From: Antedon mediterranea
Lineage: Eukaryota; Animalia; Echinodermata
Direction: 5' to 3'
Length of the DNA: 64,000 nucleotides
NCBI RefSeq assembly: GCF_964355755.1
Contig: NC_092670.1
Coordinates: 13,316,795 to 13,380,794, forward strand
In this document: in pieces, positions 25,701 to 40,700 of the stretch
Numbering within the stretch: position 1 is the first letter of the stretch
How the letters are laid out: every line of letters starts with the position of its first letter
Made by a program: the position numbers and the translations under genes
Notes under the pieces: model-generated
Databases searched by the model: none
What the model was told of the DNA's origin: nothing
What the model saw: only the letters and a program-made list of their open reading frames with translations

Positions 25701-28700
25701 CATTCTGCAGATAACCTGAGCATCTGCTTTGTCCCAGCTGTCATCACATATTGTTCCCCAAGATCCATCAACATTTACTTCAACACGTCCTTGATTATCA
25801 CTTCCACCATTGGCAAGTCTAACTTGAGGAGCCACTGTGATGATAAACAAGGACTTGATTAAATAATACTGATAAATGGGCTAAAACTGTTTGATGTTAT
25901 ACAAATTGATGGGTACGCTATCTAAAATGCCATGGGTTGGTCTAACCGGTTTAGGATACTAACATTTAATAGTTATTATATTGACAAATACAGTAAGTCT
26001 AACCTACATACACATAGTGTTTAGCCTAAACCAGCATGGATCATCTACGGATCCATTAAAAAATCCAAAGCAGCTTGACTATGGTACTTACTTCCACATA
26101 TAACACCCGCATCTTCACTATGACCACAATCGTGTTGTCCAACTCCACTTGATGTGCATTCACTGATGTGATTTTCATTTCCTGAACAGCCAACTTCGTC
26201 GTACCAAATTTCTCCGGATCCTTGACCAAAACTAGCTTGATCTGTGACCTCGATAACTTCAGGGAATCCTAACATTCTGCAGACAACCTTTCCATCTGCA
26301 AAGCCCCACCTGTCATCACATACAGTGCCCCACGTTCCATCAACATTTATTTCAACTCGTCCTTCATAATTATTTTCCCCACCGACAAGTCTGATTTCAT
26401 TGCTACCTAAAAGATGATTTACTTTATGGTTATTTTCTTGATAGCTGTTTAGACTAATATTGAAAGCTGAAGCAATGATCATCAGAACACCTTACTGGCA
26501 GAATACAGTTGACATTAACGCTTGGAAAACAAGATTTTATCGTATCAGTAGAGGCTAAATAGTATCCCATGGGAGGAAGGTCTCTATCAGATGAGATAAG
26601 GTGGGATACAATATGGCTGTTATGGGTTATCCTTGACATCTTTTGTTCAGTTTGTGTTTTTCCTCTATTTTTCAAATGTTTTGTTGTTTCTAACATGTAC
26701 CATCAATTGCCATTGTTTTGTGACTTTTTAAGTTTTGATAAATAAGTTAAAAAATCATTGTTTCTCTTAATTTTTGGTATATTATAATATATGTATGTAT
26801 AATAGCAACTGAAACTGATCATAATTAATTTAATTTTTCCAACTTATATTTTCAATTACATTTAAATTGACATGCTTTTCATTTTATAGATTGAATACTA
26901 ATGAACTGTATTCTTGTTTTAATAATATAATTTACTAGTAAGGGAAACAATTGGGAATTTAAGAAAAATTTAGTTTAATTTTGTAGAGTCTGTTTTTAGG
27001 TCGATTGTATAATAATTTATACTCACTATAGCAAATAACACTAGCATCTTCAGAATGTCCACAATCGTGAGATCTTAGGTTACTTTTCTCGCAATCTGCA
27101 ATGCTGTTCTCACTTCCTTGACATGACACCTCATCATACATAATTTCACCAGTTCCTTCACCAAATGCTGCGCTAGAAGCGGCCTCTGCTGCGGCTGTGA
27201 AACCAAGCATTTTGCATATAACATCTGCGTCAGCTATATCCCACGAGTCATCGCATATGGTGCCCCATGTTCCATCAACATTTACTTCAACCCGTCCTTC
27301 ATTGTTACTTCCTCCATTGACCAATCGAACTCTTGTACCAGCTATTAAATAAAAAAAATATTTTATACAAACACAAAAAGTTTCATGTGATCTGCGCGCC
27401 TGTAAAGTTATTTCAATTTCTAATTTTGTTTTAAACTTGAATAGCCATACTAGTATACAGTAATATAATATTTAGATATTATGATGTACATTTCCCCTGA
27501 ACATAGTGTTCTTAAGGTACAGGCTTATCCAAAATTGGTTGGCTACAAATGTCTAGATTTTTTTAGGAGGCTACTTAAACTTACTACCACATATAACACC
27601 CGCATCTTCACCATGACCACAATCGTGTTGTCCAACTCCATTTGATGGACATTCACTGATGTGATTTTCATTTCCTGAACAGCCAACTTCGTCGTACCAA
27701 ATTTCTCCGGATCCTTGACCAAAACTAGCTTGATCTGTGACCTCGATAACTTCAGGGAATCCTAACATTCTGCAGACAACCTTTCCATCTGCAAAGCCCC
27801 ACCTGTCATCACATACAGTGCCCCACGTTCCATCAACATTTATTTCAACTCGTCCTTCATAATTATTTTCACCACCGACAAGTCTGATTTCTCTTTCAGC
27901 TGTATTAAATTAATGAATAAAAAAAGCCTGTCAGTTTCCTTGTGGTTTGATTCATGAAAGCATGCCTACCCATTATATTGTTTATTATTATGATACTTTC
28001 AAAAGCAGTTTTCTAATAATGTTAAATCAATTATTCAACCAAGTATCACTTATGGCATAGAAGTTTGGGGTAGCACGTATAAAACATATTTACAACCTAT
28101 TTGTATCATTCAAAAAATGTGTATGCAGTGTATAACTTTTTCTGATTTTAATGCTTCGTCGTCTCCGATATTTAAGCAACTTAATATTATAGATGTTCAT
28201 AAACTATACGAATTATGTGTACTTAATTTTGTTTTTGATTTATATAATAGAAACTCTGCACATCAAATCAGTTATTATTTTAGTACAGTTGATCATTTAC
28301 GAACTACTAGGTTTAAACAAGGTAATAACCTATCTATCCCAAAAGCCCGTACTATGGCTGGTCAATTTAGAATTTCGTTTACCGGTACAAAATTTTGGAA
28401 TAATTTATCACTCGACATAAAAAATAATACATCAAAAATTAATTTCGTAAAAAATATAACTGAACTACTATTATCGAGATACTGATTAATGCTGGCCCAC
28501 CTCTTTCTTTTTGTCATTTGTGTTTTTCTTACATTATTGTGAATTATATTATCATAATCGTTTGCACAGAACAGTATTATATTTGTTAATCAGGTGTAAA
28601 CCATTGACTAGCGAAAGCTATTTGTTTATACCGTCTTGCCTTTGGTGAATAAAGAATTATGCATTGAATCTGGTAGTTACTACACATGCAAATTATTTAA

Positions 28701-31700
28701 TAATTATAATGATAATCAAGCATTTAAATTATGCAAATTCCAAAGAATAATCAAAGGAACATTGTATTCCAAATATTTCTGAACAAAATATGTTTTTAAA
28801 GTATAATTTTATAAGGATTAAAACTTGGTGAATGCTTAAAAAAAGTAAATCATTCCCGAGAGAGGATGCAACAAAAGTAAAGTTACAGTAGTAACAGTAC
28901 TATCAATATTTGAAAAAAAAAAAAAGACAGACAGAGGAGGAAGGAGGAACACATTTTTCGCCTAGGAACAAGTAGTAGAGCCTAAACAATACGTCTATAA
29001 ATTATCAGGATGTTTTTTCCACGTCAATAATAATAACAATAATTATAATAATTTCCTCTATATAGGGATACTATAGCAGTTCAAGGTTTCAAAACTTACA
29101 TGATGTTGTTGGTGCCGCTTCTGTTGGGGGGCTGACACAGTGGCAACATTCACCTTCAACCCGCTCTAAAACTTGATCAGTCTATTTTAAAAAAAATAAT
29201 AACGGATTAGACATGCCTATAAAGCAGTAAACATTTTAATAATATATTCCAGACATGCAAAACTATTGAAAATGTTAAAATGATTAAAGAATGATTTAGT
29301 TTTGTTTATAATATTTAACATGGTAGACTATGATTATGTTGTATGTTGCTCTCGTTTATTTTTTTAATATTTAAAATAAGAAAATGCTATGAAAAGGCTG
29401 TACACTAGAAACCTTTAGCAAGTTTTGGCACGATATGTTTTTTAAAATTTGCCAGTGTAGCCCAGTTAAAAAACTAGTTTGGATCATGCCACAATTAATT
29501 ATTTATTAGTAATTAAATTCTATTTTTGTTAAATTCTATGATTTGTTTGATTTGAATAAAATTGAAATCTTTTCGTTATACAGGGAGTAGAGCTAGATAG
29601 GCATGAAGTTGCCTTTTCTCTTCTTCCCTTTTTCCAATTATTTTAATATTTTAGATTATAATGTTATGTTTATATGTTTTTTTTTGGATGAATAAAGAAA
29701 GAAACATCAAATCTACTGCAGTTACTGCAGTAGCTATATTTGTTTACTAAACATCAACATATGATTTAAATATTTTGATATGTCAAAGTTTATGAGTCAG
29801 TTACTGCTATAGGGTGTATGATTACAAACAGTGTAGAATACAACAGACATTTAAAAAAGGGAAAAATTAATTTTAATTTTGTAGGTCAGTCATTGGCGGA
29901 TGCATGTAATCTTTAATTGCTTTCTTTATTAAATAATTTGATCAGTTTTAAAATCAAACACAAATTATACATTTTTATCTGGAGTACATTTTAATTTTTA
30001 TTTACTGAATGTGACTAACCATGGCACAGAATTCGTCAGTTTTGGTGCACTCCAAGTGACATTGAGCAACCAGTTTGTTCAGCTCTTCATCCATGACGCA
30101 TTCACAAACATCACATTCGTTGCGTCTAATCTGTTCTCCTTCCTTTATAAAACAATGTATAACCGAATCAATCAATAGTTTTATTATTGCACTTCCTATA
30201 CAAATTTAACATTTAATCATACATACAAGGAAAACAAATAGATTCTGTTAAAAGCTTACAGAAAATGAAAAAAAAAATACAAATCTACAACTATAAAAAT
30301 GTATATTACATTAAACAAAATTATAGTTAAACATACTGGAAGGCCTACTTTTACAAAAAATTTACTTTTGCAGTAATTAGTCAATATTGTATACAATTTA
30401 AAAAACTAATTGGAAATGTATGAAAATTGTTATAAATTTTATAACAATAGAGTTTGGTTGGTAATATTTCTTTATTTAATATTATTATTATTATCAATCG
30501 CATTAAATACAGTACATTATCCTGCCGTTTTTAGTATAAGTATCTAATAAATATAGAAATTGACATATGGTACATTATAACAGAAACACATTTAGGACAA
30601 TCTGTCTTGAATATGCTTCATATTGTGGAATGTTCATTTTATTATATTTATTTTATTTTCGATCTTTCACATAAAAAAGGTATAAAACTGTCATCTTGTG
30701 ATGAATTTAACCAGCCCTAACGACTAAAACAATACAGTAAAACCATAATTATAAAACATTTAAATAGAAAAATACAGAAAAATATGCTATTTAGAAAATG
30801 TCAGTAAAAGTATAAAATGTCTAAAATATACAATTGCTTGGACATTATGTTAAAAGCATTTGGATGTGCAGTGGAGTGGATTTTTCTGGCTACTGACTGA
30901 TTTTAACAATTTTGGCAATAAATAAAATTATACAATCATAAGGGACAATGTCAAAATAATTATTCAACTGTAGTTATCATTTTTTAAACTTTAACCTGTT
31001 TACACAATTATTTAGAAAGCGTTTTAGTAATGTTTATTGGAGGCTGCATAAAGCACTCCATTAAAACTACCAATTGCAGTAAAAACTGTAGTCACAACAA
31101 TAGAATTACGTTGACAACACATAATATGTAACAATTCTGCAGATAGTTTTAAAAACTGGAAAGGCCACATTATCAGTAAGCCAACATGAGTAAAAGTTAA
31201 ATACACTTACAGCGATAGGATCATAACCAAGATAGCATTTTCCCCCACAGTCTCTTCGCTCAAAAGTGACACATAATCCTGAGTTACCAGGGCTTCCTCC
31301 TATAACATCTAAGAAGGCCTTATTGTTCCAATCATCTCGTTCAGATCCTGGAGCGCAGCTACAAGTAGGAACCAGGAACAGAGAACAATCCATTATAGGA
31401 TTCAGGCTCATCTGGCTATTCCAAGTATCACCAAAGATCATGTCAGCTTTTTCTTCACACGTAATAACATGATCACATATTGATGGGCAGCCTGTAATAT
31501 ACAGTAAAGTAAAGCATATGAAAAGTTTTGATTATACAAATAATATCATATACAGTATAAAACATTCATTAATTGTTTTGTATAACATCTAAATAGATTC
31601 CTGTCATTTGAATAAATAAAAGGTATAGGCCTAGCCAAGGCCTACTGTACATTTGATTCACATTGATTAAAACAGCAACATTTGGTTTTTAAAAATATAT

Positions 31701-34700
31701 TAAATAATATATTTATATGGATTTTTAAACACACCTACTGTAGCGTTAATTATGTCAACAAACGACCAAACAATCCTAGGCCTAGCAAGTGTAAAACGCC
31801 TAGGCCTACCCTAATACTAACAGGCCTATTGGCAAGACTGAAAGGCAGCAATACAAAATCTGAAACTTCGACAGGCAACTGGAACTCATCTAGGCTAATT
31901 GTGTTTTTTCCAACGATTCCATGTCTTGTAGAGATGTTCCTATTAATTAATCAAAATCCTACAAACGATCTAAAGCTAATTTAAATGGCTTCTTGATCTA
32001 AATAATTACATATTATATCTCTCCAAAAATGTACTTCCATTGCGAAACCAATCATAACATTCAATCTTCGTAGTGAAAGTATAAAATAGGTTGTATTTTA
32101 GTATAAATAAAATATTTTCGGAAAGATTTTTTTGTTCACAAAAAAAATATTAAATATTAAACAATTAATAGTGTGTACTATTGCACGCCATGTGACCCAC
32201 AATCGTCCAATCAAATGACAGGAATTTATTTAGGTGTTATATAATTAATAATAATTAATTCACGGTTCCATTGGTTATTTCAGAAAAATGAACAGTAATA
32301 AATATGAAAAATTAAACATAGAATATATTTTTAAATAGGTCAAAAAAATAATGAATATCATTTACTTACGTGGATACTGGGTTATAAAATTAGCTGTGGT
32401 AAAACCTAAAAAATATTAAAGTTTTGATAAAATATTAGACAACATTAATAAGGATTTCGTCAAATAATTATTAATTATATTAATTATTGGTGAATTAATT
32501 AGATCTGACGACGTTAGCAGGTTGCCGTTTACCGTACATATTACACACCGTTTTCTGCTCTGCGTATATCGTGATGATTAAACTTCTAATATTTGAGGAG
32601 GATTCAAAATTGATAGAAGTAAAATTATTTTTTTACATTGCATCAACAATGAATATTAAAAACAGGACATGTACGTAATTTAGCTATTCTAGTTAGGTCT
32701 ATTTTACCATCAGTTTTCCGCAGGTCTCTAGTTTAGAAATGAAACTTCAGTAACATGTGGGTTTCGTTTTACGGGCTTGTAGGTTAACTATTGAAACACT
32801 TACCTTCACAATCTTCCTCATCTTTTCCATTTTCACAGTTCCATTCACCATTACAAACCAAATCATCAGAATACAACACACTGCCATCTCCACAAGACCA
32901 ACACTTTGGATTCAATGTTGTACTTGGAGGTGTTGTAGGTAGTAGTGTTGTTGGTGGTAGTGTAGTTGGTGGTAGAGTTGTTGTTGGTAGAGTTGTTGTT
33001 GGTGGTAATGTAGTTGGTGGTAGTGTTGTTGGCTGCACTGTTGTTGGTTGCACTGTGGTAGGCAAAGAAGTTGTAGTAGTTCCCTCTAAAGAAATAAGTA
33101 GACAATTTGATGATAGACCAAGCACAATATTTTTAATTTTTTTTTTTTTTTGATAAATGAATAAAACCTCAGTCTGGTGATTTGTGTAATGTATAATGCT
33201 AGTTAAAGTTAGAAAGTTAGAAAAATATTGAATCTTCTAAAACTTAATAGTAGCCTACATAAAATTGTATACCATAATCGGTGGAAAAGAAAACAGTAGC
33301 GGTCAAATTGATTACAGATTGAATTAAAAAATGCATACAATTTGAATTGAGATGAAAATAAAAAACTACATCTAACTAAGGGTTTTGTTTCAACGTAAAA
33401 AATGACCATACAGGTTTATACTATTATTGTTCAAGGGTCATTTTGTCAGACCCAAAACTATAATCATGTACACAGACAATTAAACATAGGTAAAAGCATA
33501 AAATCTTTGGAAAGGTTTTAGTGATGTAAATTACAGACCTGAGACAGATAGAAAAACAAGTTGATAAAGTATACATACCACATACTTCACAGCAAGTTCC
33601 AGGGTATTTGATAGGATATTGGTGCTATTAACACAATAAATAAAACATTTAAAATACATGACATTTAAGATGTCTTAAGATTTAATACTTTTAAATGCAT
33701 AACGTAGCCAAAACAAGGCTCAGATTGAAGAGGTTTTACTTATCATATAGGCAATATAACTCCCACTTGCACGCAACCCAGTGTAAGCCCAATCACAAGC
33801 GACAGTTTGGATGATCCATTGCATCGTGATTGGTCAAATTACTTTTTAATATTAATGGCAACTTACAGGTTCACAAACTACTGCTCCACATACAGTTGTT
33901 TCACAATCAATAACATTTGTAGCATCGCATGAACACGTCTTACATTCATTTACTGTCCATGTCTCTCCTACACTATACACAACATTGTCATAGACACATC
34001 GTGCTGCAAGGAAATAATTGTTACAACATAGATCATGTAGGCAAGTTTTGCGAGATAAAAACTAAGGCCTCTAGACTGTTCACAAACCTACAAAAAGGCA
34101 GTGGCAAAAAGATAACCTCCTAGGTGGAGGTCAAGAATATGTATCTACACATACTGTACAAACATTAGTAGTCAAATTTAATAACAGATTACTTCCAAGA
34201 TGCAAGCATTATTATGTGGTTTAAGTTTAATTTGATAATATAAATATTTAAAGGTTTAGATAGTTATGTTAAGAATTCAGTACAGTGACCAACTAAACAT
34301 TTATATTGCTATTATTTTTAAGGTTAGGAATCATATACTGTAATACTATCCTATTTTTAATAACTATAAGATAGAATGAATGCATCAAATGATCAGAATA
34401 TTGCTTAAAACTAGTTCAGTATTGTGTACAGAGTAATACTTTAAAAGCTTTTATAGCAACAAATGCTCTTTCCAAAATATTTCCTTTACAATCTTGTTAA
34501 TACAAAAAATACTTACAAATTGGAGTGCAATTACAGCATTTAAAATCATCAGGAACAAGATTGGTCAATTCATACTGAAAATACAAACAATGTTAAAAGC
34601 TTAATAATTTTAATTAAGGTCATGTGATCCTTGTAGTAAAATCATATACTGACAGGTTTTGGATTCACAGTTTAATTTTAAATGTTATATGTAATACATG

Positions 34701-37700
34701 TTTCAGTTTAATGGAATTTTATGCACAATCTGTATTTTTTTTAACTGAATTACTGTGATTTAATTAACAATTAAATTATTCAAGCTTTATTATTTAACTG
34801 AATACCCCATGGCTCAACATATTCTTCACATTTTAAAGCTCAGGTACAGGCATGAATTTTAAATATAATATCTGGTTAATTGTACATAAATCAAATATTT
34901 GTAACAGAAATCAAGATGAAAAAACATGAATTTCCCTTAATATGGTCAAATACAAAATTTGGCAACATTCTGCCATAAAAACCAGGAAGAGTTTTTTGGA
35001 ATGTATGATCAATAGAAATTTTTTACCCGCACCTGGCCTTTAAATTTCTAAATAAATGCCCTTGCAATTAAAAAGTACTCACTCCTTCTTCACAATCATC
35101 TGTTGTTAGAGGGCAGTATTCTTGACATTGCTTTTCGCACATTTCATAATTTTTCCAACGGCAAATAGTGCAATTATCTGGATACCAAACATCATGAGGC
35201 TATAAATAAATACATGTTTAATTAATAAAAAATTAAAATTAATAATAGCTAGATGTGCACTCACTGTGATGCATTAAATTACGACACACACATCACATAC
35301 ACATTGAAATACTCATGAAAATTGAATTAATCAATAAATAATTTAACTACATTATAATCTTTGAAGCATTTGGTGCATAATCTGTGAAATTTATAATTAT
35401 GATGAAAAAGAAATTATGTGGGAAGGTGAAGTATTCTTTATCCTTTTTCCCCTTTTTTAATTAAAGAAAAAAATGTTTAAATACTTTGAAATGAAATTGG
35501 TAAGATTGGTGATTTTTAAAACCATGATGCAAACACAGAAGGAGCCTGTTTTAGTACCAAAACAAGACAAGTTTATCAATACAATTTAGGTTAGGGATCA
35601 TGTCAAAACCATTCTACTGCAGTTTTACTACAGTTACTACTTCATTTCATTTATTTCGTCTCACATAATTATAACAAAAAAATAACAAACAATAGAGAGA
35701 AACAGGATTCCCAAAAGCGAACAAAATCAAACTATCAAGTGGGTCTCAAAAGCAAAACATAATCATCATCATCCAACAATAAAATACAAAATTACATTTT
35801 TTACATTTAAAACAACGAGAAGATTAAAAAGTACAAAATATCTATACAATAGTTACCTTAGACATCATTATTATTACTATTATTATTATTATTATTATTA
35901 TTATTACTGTTATTATTATTACAGATATCAAATGAAGTTTAATTATTCGTGGATTAATGGCCGATAGTTGTAAAAGAATAAATTAAAAAAAACAACAAAA
36001 CTACAATAATATATGAGGCAGTCACTGCTTGCTAATTAATTGCATAAAGAGTAACTAGAATACAGAAACTGCATAGAATAATTTTGACATGACAACCTTT
36101 GTAACCACTAGAATACAACATAAGGACATATAGACACAATGCAAGTGAGTTGGTCAATGACAAGTAACATCGCTTGTGATTGGTCAAATCACTTGCACTG
36201 CACTTACATCCTTGGATTGCAGCCTAGAAAAAAGTATTAGTGTAATAATTACCAAATGGCCCTCATTGTCGCATTCACAGTTATCAACACAGTGTGTTCC
36301 ATTAAAGTACAGGTTGTCTGGGCACTGGCATCCAGGTTTGCACTCTTCATGACTGCACGTAGGGTTTTTGTTTTCACATGTCATGTGACATACACAATAG
36401 TCAGTCCATTCAAGTCCTGGTCCACATTCTAAATCAAGCAGCACAAAAAACAAAGAAATGTTTTCACCCTGTTTTCATGTTGTTTGTAATGTCTCCGCAC
36501 CATGGGTGACTGAAAAACGAGCTTAGCTCTAAAGCTTGGTTCACACTAGAGATGCAATACAATAACATAGACGCAATGCAAGCGAGTTGACAGTGACAAG
36601 AAATGGTTCGAATATGAATCGGTTGTGATTGGTGAAATCTCTTACGTCACTTGAGTTGCGTCTCTAGTGGGAACCAATCAATAATGACAATAAAAAATAA
36701 ACCTCTTAAAGCCATTGTTAGCATATGAGGCCTTATTATTAGAAAATCTTAGTAGAACCCCTGTTCCTCAATTTTGCACTCCTTCATTAAAAAAAAATCC
36801 TGAATCTGCCACTGGCTTATAGAATAAAAAATTAAAATCACAGAGATTATTAAGTTATAGTCTTACCCTTTTCACAACGACAGCATTCATTTACTGGTTC
36901 TACAAGTGTTTCTCCTTCGGGGCAGGATGTTATGTTACATGTTTTTATTGATTCATTTTCTTGTACAGGTGAAGTTGTGTTTGGAGTGCAATAAACAACA
37001 TTGCATTCACCAATGTGTATAGCATCCCCAAACTACAAAAAAGTGTAATTGTGAGTGTTTGTGTGTGTTTACACTATCAAACTAGACAAAAAAAAGTGTG
37101 ATTTGCCCAAATATGCTAGTGATATGCCCAAATATGGTAGTGATATGACATAATCATGTCCATATATGGGTACATCATTCTCATTATGTAACATAAAGTT
37201 TTATAATGTAGACAGAGCGTTAGTAATAAAATGAATAATGAAAATAGCAAGTAAAGTAATAGGAATAAATGTTAACCTCTAAGCTCTGTCTACACTATCG
37301 AAGTAGTTTGAAAATAATTTAAATATTTCGAAAATATGGTAGATATGACGTCATCATGTCAATGGGCACATCACATTTTGTTGATAGTGTAGACAGAACT
37401 ATACAAAATAAACTTGTACATCTTGTACTTACATCATAAATTTTGCCTTGGTAATAACATGGGCATGCGTAGTCACGTATACATACACCATCTTCATTGT
37501 GAACATATCCATCAATGCAGTGACAACGCTCAACACAATCTGTATTACTGCATGGGTTATGGGAATTTGCAACATCTCGACAATTATTAGTGCAGCCACA
37601 TTTGTATACTTCATGTTGCGAACATGGTGGAGTTGTGGAGATTGTTGTGGTTCGTGTAGTCGTTGGTGAAACTGTAGTTGTCATAACGCTAGTTGTTGTT

Positions 37701-40700
37701 GGTACTAAAATACATACATTTTTAAAAGTTTTAATTAAGATAGCAAGACAGGCTTAACAAAGGTAATACAGTGTTTGGGACCTTGGGTAATATAGTTACA
37801 TATGGTTTTGTTTAGCCAGGATGCTAAGCTCGCCTTGCCAAGATATGACCTTGTAACAGCCCTTTTAATTTTGGCTACGACACACACTGTTCATTATTCT
37901 CCAGTTTCTGTTAATCAAACATTTGAAGAAGCTAATTAACCAATAGAAAATCAGTGAGCGCAACCGCACATAAAACCTTTGATATAATGGAGCTCAGCAT
38001 CTTGTTGTTAGATTGTCTTGGTAGCATACAGTACTGTAGTTCACGGTGTCCAACTACGGTATATCGTGTTAAAAATATATTTAATTTCACAGGGTAATTT
38101 GCATCTTTGATTAATTAAAATTTAAATTGAAATTCAAATAGAAGAATAAAAAAATACAGCAGACTGTCGATACTTACCTACAGTAGTAGTATAATATTCG
38201 GATGTCATTATGGTGGTAGTAGGGTACGATGTAGTATAGAGGGTAGTAGTTGTTGTCTTAGTGGTTGTTGGTTGCATTGTTGTTGGCATCTCTGTCGTGG
38301 TAGTTGGCATCTCTGTTGTGGTAGTTGGCATCTCTGTCGTGGTTGTTGGCATCTCTGTGGTGGTTTGAGTTGTAGGTTCTGTAGAAGACACATTTTTAAA
38401 AAGTTCAATTATTTCATTTCATACTGTTTTTAACTTGTTTTTAACAAATTCTAAACAGCATTAACGATAAATCACAGTAAAGTGTATTATCACAGTTTTA
38501 GCTAGACTTATAGCAAATAAGGTTTATGAAATAAACCCTTCCCTTCATAACAAAAGTGAGTTAGTGGACGAGCGTTAATACAATAGAACCGTAATTCATA
38601 GCATTACTATGGCAAAGTTTAAGGCTCACTCGCTCTATGTTGTGGTGGTAGAACAAGTATTCTCGGATAAGGACTACACTATAACCACAAAAAATGTTCA
38701 TTAAAAAAAACCTAGTACATCTTTCAAGGCGAGTAGCCACTCACACAGCCACTGCTATGGACAGACAAGATAGTGCTGGAGTTGACAGCAACGACATGAC
38801 CTGACCCTTAAGGGAGAAACATGTACTGTAGTTTAAAATGTAAAATTAATGTAAGAAAACAGTCCATTATTTGTAGAATATGCTATATAATTATATTTAA
38901 TTGTACTATTTTTACTTTTTAAAGAAATTAAAAAACTTACCATACTCAATACATCCAACAAATTCCACTGTCACTGACATGCCTTCTGATACATCTACAA
39001 CTGTAATTTCTATCTTGATTACATCCTTAATTCCTTCTCCAGGGAACAGCACTCTATCTTTTATGCTGGAACCAGTAAGGTCTTTGTTGAATACCTGTAG
39101 ATAAATATTTGAAGATGGTTAAGAATAGAAATAAGAATCTTTTCATTAACATATGACAATAAATTAGTCAATAGTAAATATGCTATTCCTAGAGTCTCTT
39201 CAATCCTTACATTACTTATTTCAAACAATAATCAAACTTACCACTGAATCACCATTACCATCAACAATAGTAGTAAAATCCACATCCCCCTTTTGTGCAT
39301 ACTGAACTGTAAAAGACACACTTCCTTCACCTTGACTCTTGATATCAACTCCTGTTACTCTCAATGGTTGAGTATAAGTAACCTTTAGCCAATCATTAAT
39401 AACAATACTCCATCCAGATGTGGTAGTTTCTGAATTTAAATCGTCTCCTTTATTTGTTTCTCTAAGATTTTCCAAGTCTTCCTTCAGTTGACGCAGAGGT
39501 TCCACGCATTCTAATCAAGATAAATGAAACATTTATTTATTAAAGACTAAACATATAATTTTCATGTTTTTTCAGTTATTAATTACTTTTTATTTTCTAC
39601 ATTTGTAATATTTGTGTAATATTTTACCCATATATGTAGTTGGCTGGATTGTCGTTGTAGTTGGAATTTCTGTTGTGGTAGTTGGTGGCATTTCTGTTGT
39701 GGTAGTTGGTGGCATTTCTGTTGTGGTAGTTGGTGGCATTTCTGTTGTGGTAGTTGGTGGCATCTCTGTAGTGGTTGTTGGTGGCATCTCTGTTGTGGTT
39801 GTTGGCATCTTCGTTGTTGGTGGCATTTCAGTAGTGGTGGTTGGCATCTCTGTTGTGGTTGTTGGCATTTCTGTTGTTGTTGGCTGCATTGTTGTGGTTG
39901 GTGCAGTTGTTGGTGGCAATGGAGTAGTAACAGCTGTAGTGGTCTTCAAAGTTGTTTCAACTGAAAATAATAAAATTAGTTAAAATACAGTACGATTGTT
40001 TCTAAAGATTCCCAATATATAATACTAGTAATGATACTCCTCTAGCCTGTGACAGAAGAATGATACTCATGTATATATCATCATATTTAAATATATTAAT
40101 TATATTCCATAAAATAATATAAACATTCACACACATCATCAGATAACATTAACAACAACAATAAAGACAATTCTGGTAGATTATCAAAAAAGCAAACAAA
40201 GGAAGCTCTATATGGTGAACTTGGCTGGCAATCAATCGAATCAATACAGTCAGATAGAATCTTAAACTATTTCTATAGACTTAAAAATATTGAAGAACAT
40301 CGTTGGCCAAGGTTACTTTTTAGAGCTATCTTTGAACTTCAAATTATTGAAACCATTTAAAATAAATTTGATATGCAAATGTATTTTAATATTGACTACT
40401 GTACAAAATGTCTTAATGGCTTCAAAGAGAAAAATGTTATAAAAGATAACATAATATGGTTTAATAATGCTCAAACTAAATCATCCTTAACAAATTATTT
40501 ACTATATAAAAATGAACCAAAAATGGAAAAGTATTTACTGGAAAAATGTAGCTACCATGCATCTAATTTAAAATTTAAAGCTCGTTCAAACTAATTACCC
40601 ATTGAAGGAAGAAAGGAAGGTTGGTCACAACAAAATTCAGGATTGTGTTTGTTGTGTAATTGTGGTGAAAGAGAAACACTTTATCACTTTGTGTTCAATA

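Noticed and set aside
28117-28485. 122-aa plus-strand ORF as a nested host gene
   Set aside because: It matches the C-terminus of LINE ORF2 and is annotated as a retroelement fragment.
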